The notes under the pieces are model-generated. The model was given only the letters and a program-made list of their open reading frames with translations. It searched no databases and had not been told where the DNA came from. 64,000 nucleotides of DNA from an uncultured Chloroflexia bacterium (GTDB lineage: Bacteria; Chloroflexota; Limnocylindria; Limnocylindrales; CSP1-4): NCBI GenBank assembly GCA_963716375.1, contig OY970306.1, positions 1,137,220 through 1,201,219 of the forward strand. Reading direction: 5' to 3'. A program made the translations under genes and the position numbers. Below are positions 58,981-64,000 of the stretch, piece by piece (position 1 is the first letter of the stretch; every line of letters begins with the position of its first letter).

Positions 58981-61040
58981 GCGTTCACTCGATGGCGGCC
59001 GACACCAGCCGGTCGACGGTCGCCGCGCTGCTCGGTCGCTCCAATCGCCTGGGGGCCGAGCCGCGCAATACGAACTATGCGGGTGGCAACACGTCGGCCA
59101 AGGGAACGGGCATCGACCCGGCGACCGGCCGGCCCATCGAGCTCTTGTGGGTCAAGGGCTCGGGCGGCGACCTCGGCACCCTCACGGAAGGCGGGCTGGC
59201 CGTCCTGCGGCTCGACCGGCTCCGGGCGCTCGTGGACGTCTACCCGGGCGTCGAGCGCGAGGACGAGATGGTCGCCGCGTTCGACTACTGCCTTCATGGG
59301 CGGGGCGGCGCGGCGCCGTCGATCGACACGGCGATGCACGGGCTGGTGGAGGCGGACCACGTCGATCACCTCCACCCGGATTCGGGCATTACCCTGGCGA
59401 CCGCGGCCGACGGGGAGGCGCTGACCAGGCGCTGCTTCGGAGACCGGGTCGTCTGGCTGCCGTGGCGCCGGCCGGGCTTCCAGCTCGGGCTCGAGATCGC
59501 CGCGGCCGCGCGCGCCCATCCGGAGGCGATCGGGGCGATTCTCGGCGGCCACGGCATCACGGCCTGGGGCGCGACCTCCGAGGAGTGCGAGTCGCGCTCG
59601 CTCGAGATCATCGGGACCGCCGAACGATTCATCGCCCAGAACGGCCGGCCGGAGCCGTTCGGGCCACGCATCGCCGGCTACGAGCCGCTGCCGGCGGCCG
59701 AACGCCGGGTCCGGGCCGCGGCGCTGCTGCCGCTGGTCCGCGGCCTCGCCTCCGTGGATCGGCCGATGGTCGGCCACTACACGGACAGCGAGGTCGTCCT
59801 CGACTTCGTCGGCCGAGCGGAGCATCCGCGGCTGGCGGCTCTCGGGACCTCCTGCCCGGACCATTTCCTGCGGACCAAGGTCCGGCCGATGGTCCTGGAC
59901 CTGCCGCCGACCGCCCCGCTCGAAGCGGTCTTCGTCCGCCTGCGCGAGCTGCACGAGGCCTACCGGGCCGACTACCGCGCCTACTACGAGCGGCACGCCA
60001 CGCCCGACAGCCCGCCGATGCGCGGCGCCGATCCGGCGATCGTGCTCGTGCCGGGTGTCGGGATGTTCTCCTTCGGGGCGACCAAGCAGACGGCGCGGGT
60101 CGCCGGCGAGTTCTACGTCAACGCGATCAACGTCATGCGCGGCGCCGAGTCCCTCTCCACGTACGCCCCGATCAGCGAGGCCGAGAAGTTCCGGATCGAG
60201 TACTGGGCGCTCGAAGAGGCCAAGCTCGCCCGGCTGCCCAGAGCGAAGGCGCTCGCGGCCCGGATCGCATTCGTGACCGGCGCGGGTTCGGGCATCGGCA
60301 AGGCGATCGCACACCGGCTCGCGGCCGAAGGGGCCTGCGTCGTCGTGGCGGACATCGACGCCGCCAGCGCCGAGGCCGTCGCCCGGGAGCTCGGTGGCAC
60401 CGATGTCGCGATCAGCGTCGTCGCCGACGTGACGGATGAGGCCCAGGTGGCCGAGGCCTTCCGGCGCGCCGTGCTGGCATTCGGCGGCGTCGACCTGATC
60501 GTGAACAACGCCGGCCTCTCCATCTCGAAGCCGCTGCTCGAGACGACCGTCCACGACTGGGACCTGCAGCACGACGTCATGGCGCGTGGCTCGTTCCTCG
60601 TCTCACGGGAAGCGGCGCGGGTCCTGATCGACCAGGCGATTGGCGGCGACCTCATCTACATCGTCAGCAAGAACGCGCTATTCGCGGGGCCGAACAACCT
60701 CGCCTACGGTGCCTCGAAGGCGGACCAGGCCCACCAGGTTCGCCTGCTCGCGGCCGAGCTCGGCCAGTACGGGGTGCGGGTCAACGGCGTGAATCCCGAC
60801 GGCGTCGTCCGCGGCTCGGGGATCTTCGCCAAGGGCTGGGGCGCCGATCGGGCGCGGACCTACGGCATCCCGGAGGACAAGCTCGGAGAGTTCTACGCCC
60901 AGCGGACGCTCCTCAAGCGCGAGGTGCTGCCGGAGCACGTCGCGGCGGCGGTCTTCGCCCTGACCGGCGGCGACCTCAGCCAAACGACCGGGCTTCACAT
61001 CCCGGTCGACGCCGGCGTCGCGGCGGCGTTCCTGCGGTGA
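58977..61040 (+). CDS. rhaEW: Bifunctional rhamnulose-1-phosphate aldolase / short-chain dehydrogenase (RhaEW)
   Basis: NYAGGNTSAK, PSIDT, HVDHLHPD, CPDHFLRTK, IEYWALEEAKL, TGAGSGIG, YGASK. Confidence 0.93.
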   Translation: MSVHSMAADTSRSTVAALLGRSNRLGAEPRNTNYAGGNTSAKGTGIDPATGRPIELLWVKGSGGDLGTLTEGGLAVLRLDRLRALVDVYPGVEREDEMVAAFDYCLHGRGGAAPSIDTAMHGLVEADHVDHLHPDSGITLATAADGEALTRRCFGDRVVWLPWRRPGFQLGLEIAAAARAHPEAIGAILGGHGITAWGATSEECESRSLEIIGTAERFIAQNGRPEPFGPRIAGYEPLPAAERRVRAAALLPLVRGLASVDRPMVGHYTDSEVVLDFVGRAEHPRLAALGTSCPDHFLRTKVRPMVLDLPPTAPLEAVFVRLRELHEAYRADYRAYYERHATPDSPPMRGADPAIVLVPGVGMFSFGATKQTARVAGEFYVNAINVMRGAESLSTYAPISEAEKFRIEYWALEEAKLARLPRAKALAARIAFVTGAGSGIGKAIAHRLAAEGACVVVADIDAASAEAVARELGGTDVAISVVADVTDEAQVAEAFRRAVLAFGGVDLIVNNAGLSISKPLLETTVHDWDLQHDVMARGSFLVSREAARVLIDQAIGGDLIYIVSKNALFAGPNNLAYGASKADQAHQVRLLAAELGQYGVRVNGVNPDGVVRGSGIFAKGWGADRARTYGIPEDKLGEFYAQRTLLKREVLPEHVAAAVFALTGGDLSQTTGLHIPVDAGVAAAFLR

Positions 61041-61140
61041 GCGCGGGGTCGGCGGCGAGCGCGGCGGCCGTGGCGAGCGCGCAGTCGGCGTTGAATGTCG
61101 GGTCCGAGGCACCGGACCGGGTGACGGTGAGCCGCGGCCG

Positions 61141-62568
61141 ATGACCGGCCGGCTCGTCGCGGCGGTCGATCTCGGGGCGTCAAGCGGCCGGGTCATCGTG
61201 GGCCGGGTGGCGCCGGGTGAGCTCGAGCTGACCGAGGTCCATCGCTTCCCCAACGAGTCGGTGCGCCTGCCGGACGGTCTGCACTGGGACATCCTGCGTT
61301 TGTATCGGGACGTCCTGGCGGGATTGCGGGCGGCCTCGCAGGCGGCGGACGGGCTCGTCAGCGTCGGCATCGACTCGTGGGCCGTGGATTACGGGCTTCT
61401 CGATGAGTCGGGCTCCCTGCTCGGCGACCCCTTCCACTATCGCGACGACCGGACGGCCGCCTCGATCGCCGCCGTGCACGACGTGGTCCCGCCAGCCGAG
61501 CTGTACGAGCGGACGGGGCTCCAGTTCCTGCCGTTCAACACGATCTACCAGCTCGCCGCGGCCCGTGGATCGGCGGCCTTCCACGTCGCCCGGACGATGC
61601 TGCTGATCCCGGACCTGTTCGGCTTCTGGCTCTCGGGCGTCCGGACGGCCGAGGTCACGAACGCGTCGACGACCGGCCTCCTCGATGTCCATCGCCGCAC
61701 CTGGGACATCGAGCTGATCGCGCAGCTGGCCATGCCGCCGTCACTGTTCCCGGCGCTCGCCAACCCGGGCGGGGTCGTCGGGCCGCTCCGACCGGAGGTT
61801 CGGCAGGAAACCGGCATCCCGGACGAGACGCTGCTCACGCTGATCGGCTCCCATGACACGGCCTCGGCGGTGGTCGGTGTGCCGGCCGAAGGCGACTCCT
61901 TCGCCTACATCGCCTGCGGCACCTGGGGCCTGGTCGGCGTCGAGCTCGACGAGGCGATCCTGACCGAGGCGAGCCGGGCCGCGAATTTCACGAACGAAGG
62001 CGGCGTCGACGAGCGCATCCGCTACCTCCGCAATGTCATGGGCCTCTGGCTGCTCCAGGAATCGCTGCGGACCTGGGAGCTGGACGGCACGGCCGAACGC
62101 CTGCCGGCGCTGCTGATCGCCGCCGGCGAGCTGCCCGCGGGCGGGCCGGTCATCGATCCGGACGATCCCGCCTTCCTGCCGCCCGGCGACATGCCGGCGC
62201 GCATCGAGGCGGCCTGCCGGCAGCTCGACCTGCCGCCGCCGGCGACGCGGCCGGCGCTTGTCCGCTGCATCCTCGACAGCCTGGCCGCGGCGTTCGGCCG
62301 CACGGTTCGCGACGCGGCCCGGCTTTCGGGCCGCCGGGTGGACGCCGTCCACCTCGTCGGCGGTGGGGCCCGCAACGCGCTGCTCTGCCAGCTCACGGCC
62401 GACGCCTGCGAGCTGCCGCTCATCTCCGGTCCCGTCGAGGCGACGGCGATCGGCAATGTCCTCGTCCAGGCCCGTGCCCGCGGCCTCCTCGCCGGCGACC
62501 TCGAGACACTGCGAGCCCTGATCCGGCGAACCCAGGACATCCGCCGCTACGAGCCGCGACCGCGATGA
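61141..62568 (+). CDS. rhaB: Rhamnulokinase
   Basis: AVDLGASSGR, GIDSWAVDY, SHDTASA, FTNEGG, LVGGG, GPVEATAIGN. Confidence 0.95.
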   Translation: MTGRLVAAVDLGASSGRVIVGRVAPGELELTEVHRFPNESVRLPDGLHWDILRLYRDVLAGLRAASQAADGLVSVGIDSWAVDYGLLDESGSLLGDPFHYRDDRTAASIAAVHDVVPPAELYERTGLQFLPFNTIYQLAAARGSAAFHVARTMLLIPDLFGFWLSGVRTAEVTNASTTGLLDVHRRTWDIELIAQLAMPPSLFPALANPGGVVGPLRPEVRQETGIPDETLLTLIGSHDTASAVVGVPAEGDSFAYIACGTWGLVGVELDEAILTEASRAANFTNEGGVDERIRYLRNVMGLWLLQESLRTWELDGTAERLPALLIAAGELPAGGPVIDPDDPAFLPPGDMPARIEAACRQLDLPPPATRPALVRCILDSLAAAFGRTVRDAARLSGRRVDAVHLVGGGARNALLCQLTADACELPLISGPVEATAIGNVLVQARARGLLAGDLETLRALIRRTQDIRRYEPRPR

Positions 62569-62951
62569 GCACGTTTGCCGATATGCGGCTGCCGAAGGAC
62601 CGGACTGCCGTGGCGCCCGACGGCTCCGACGTGCGCGTCCTGCTGGGGCTGGCCGGGGGCGGCCTGGCCGAGTTCGAGCTCGGGCCGGGTCAGGTCTCGA
62701 AGGCGATCCGCCATCGCACGGTCGAGGAGATCTGGTTCATCGTCGGCGGCCGGGGCGAGATGTGGCGGCGCCAGGGTTCGGCCGAGCGGGTCATCGAGCT
62801 CGAACCTGGCGTTTGCCTGACGATTCCGCTGGGGACGAGCTTCCAGTTCCGCGCCGCGTTGGGCGCGCCGCTCCGGGCGATCGGTGTCACCATGCCACCC
62901 TGGCCCGGTGACGGCGAGGCCGAATTCGTGGAGGGATGTCCGGAGTGGTGA
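62565..62951 (+). CDS. Cupin domain protein
   Basis: APDGSDVR, HRTVEEIWF..GRGEMWR, IPLGTSFQFR, TMPPWPG. Confidence 0.85.
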   Translation: MSTFADMRLPKDRTAVAPDGSDVRVLLGLAGGGLAEFELGPGQVSKAIRHRTVEEIWFIVGGRGEMWRRQGSAERVIELEPGVCLTIPLGTSFQFRAALGAPLRAIGVTMPPWPGDGEAEFVEGCPEW

Positions 62952-63880
62952 CGGATCAGGCAGCACCGACGGCGCGGGTCGGGGCCGATGCCCGGGCGCG
63001 CTGGCGCAACCTCCTCGCAGAGCCGGGCCCGATCCTCGCCGACGGCGCGATGGGCACGATGCTGTTCGAGGCGGGGCTGCAATTCGGTGATCCGCCGGAG
63101 GTCTGGAACCTGACCCAGCCGGACCTCATCCGGAGGATCCACCGCGGCTATCTCGACGCCGGCTCGCGGATCCTCCTGACGAACACGTTCGGCGGCAACC
63201 GGCTGCGACTGTCGCTGACCGGCCATGAGGGCCGCGTCGCGGAGTTCAACCGGACGGCGGCGATCCTGCTGCGGGCCGAGGTCGATTCGGCCGGCGCGAC
63301 GGCGCTCGTGGCCGGCGACATCGGCCCGTCCGGCCAGATCATGGCGCCGCTCGGGACGCTCGAGTTCGCCGAGGCCGTCGAGACGTTCGCCGAGCAGGTG
63401 GCGGCGCTCATTGCCGGCGGCGTCGACCTGGTCTGGATCGAGACGATGTCGGACCTGGCCGAGGTCCACGCGGCGATCGAGGGCGTCCGGCAGGTCTCGC
63501 CCGACATCCCGATCATCGCCACGATGACCTTCGACACGCGCGGGCACACGATGATGGGTGTCACGCCGGAGGCCGCCGTCACGGCCCTCGCCGGCTGGGG
63601 CGCCGATGCGATCGGTGGGAATTGCGGCAACGGCCCCGAGGAACTGCTGCCGGTCCTCGAGAAGATGGCGGCCGCCGCGCCGGATGTGGTCCTCGTCGCG
63701 AAGTCGAACGTCGGGCTGCCCCAGTTGATCGACGGGCGGGCCGTCTACGTCACGGACGCTCCGACGATGGCCGCGTGCGGCGTGGCGATGCGCGCCGCGG
63801 GCGCCCGGATCATCGGCGGCTGCTGCGGCAGCACGCCGGAGCACGTGGCGGCCATGGCCGAGGCGCTCGGGACGGGGTAG
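62948..63880 (+). CDS. Homocysteine S-methyltransferase family protein
   Basis: ADGAMGT, TNTFG, GDIGP, IETM, GGNC, IIGGCCG zinc ligands. Confidence 0.9.
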   Translation: MTDQAAPTARVGADARARWRNLLAEPGPILADGAMGTMLFEAGLQFGDPPEVWNLTQPDLIRRIHRGYLDAGSRILLTNTFGGNRLRLSLTGHEGRVAEFNRTAAILLRAEVDSAGATALVAGDIGPSGQIMAPLGTLEFAEAVETFAEQVAALIAGGVDLVWIETMSDLAEVHAAIEGVRQVSPDIPIIATMTFDTRGHTMMGVTPEAAVTALAGWGADAIGGNCGNGPEELLPVLEKMAAAAPDVVLVAKSNVGLPQLIDGRAVYVTDAPTMAACGVAMRAAGARIIGGCCGSTPEHVAAMAEALGTG

Positions 63881-63906
63881 GGGAACGGCCAGGACCGGCC
63901 GGGCGG

Positions 63907-64000
63907 TTACCAGTTCGTCAGCGAGTTCCGGAAGATCGCGCCCAGGTCGTCCTCGGTCACGGGCCGCGGGCTGATGGCGAGGATCCGGGTCTGCCGCGCC
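63907..64000 (-). CDS. 3' end of an iron-containing ADH / hydroxyacid-oxoacid transhydrogenase, partial
   Basis: Reads ARQTRILAISPRPVTEDDLGAIFRNSLTNW-stop, like Fe-ADH family C-termini. Confidence 0.55.
   Translation of the reverse strand, partial: ARQTRILAISPRPVTEDDLGAIFRNSLTNW

Overview
A GC-rich bacterial window. Gene style, the DeoR-type rhamnose regulon and the RpoD suggest Chloroflexota, which is an inference. (1) 1-19106 is the distal half of a tightly coupled extracellular contractile injection system (eCIS) operon. It holds the AAA ATPase end, a 1071-aa DUF4157 protein with an internal Cys-flanked HNH motif and a long beta-rich tail, a split Afp7-like tube-initiator/LysM pair, a hub, a spike ending in HxH with no PAAR gene, gp25, two baseplate J proteins, a gpI-like tail protein and a DUF6519 beta-helix fibre. 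Sheath and tube genes are not in the window. (2) 19205-29598 holds a frameshifted zinc-ribbon/class III cyclase/ATPase/TPR gene, ArsR-SRPBCC, a dense palindrome cluster in front of dnaG-rpoD, an SGNH hydrolase and a sulfurtransferase. (3) tRNA-Asn(GTT) at 29684-29758 and a 47-bp copy of its 3' part at 40327-40373 bound a 10.6-kb element with no recognisable integrase. It keeps HK97-like packaging remnants (terL start, terS, DNA methyltransferase, two HNH genes, a putative cos region) and a holin cassette whose enzyme is a papain-like C1 peptidase, plus cargo (SnoaL, two MDR oxidoreductases, DUF2180-arsR-OsmC-acr3). (4) 40602-51236 holds SulP, an anaerobic sulfatase maturase, a deletion scar, an ECF sigma/anti-sigma module with repeat proteins and a two-component system. 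(5) 51293-64000 holds a complete L-rhamnose uptake and catabolism cluster, a cupin, a homocysteine S-methyltransferase and a partial Fe-ADH. All calls come from reading motifs by eye; no database search was run.
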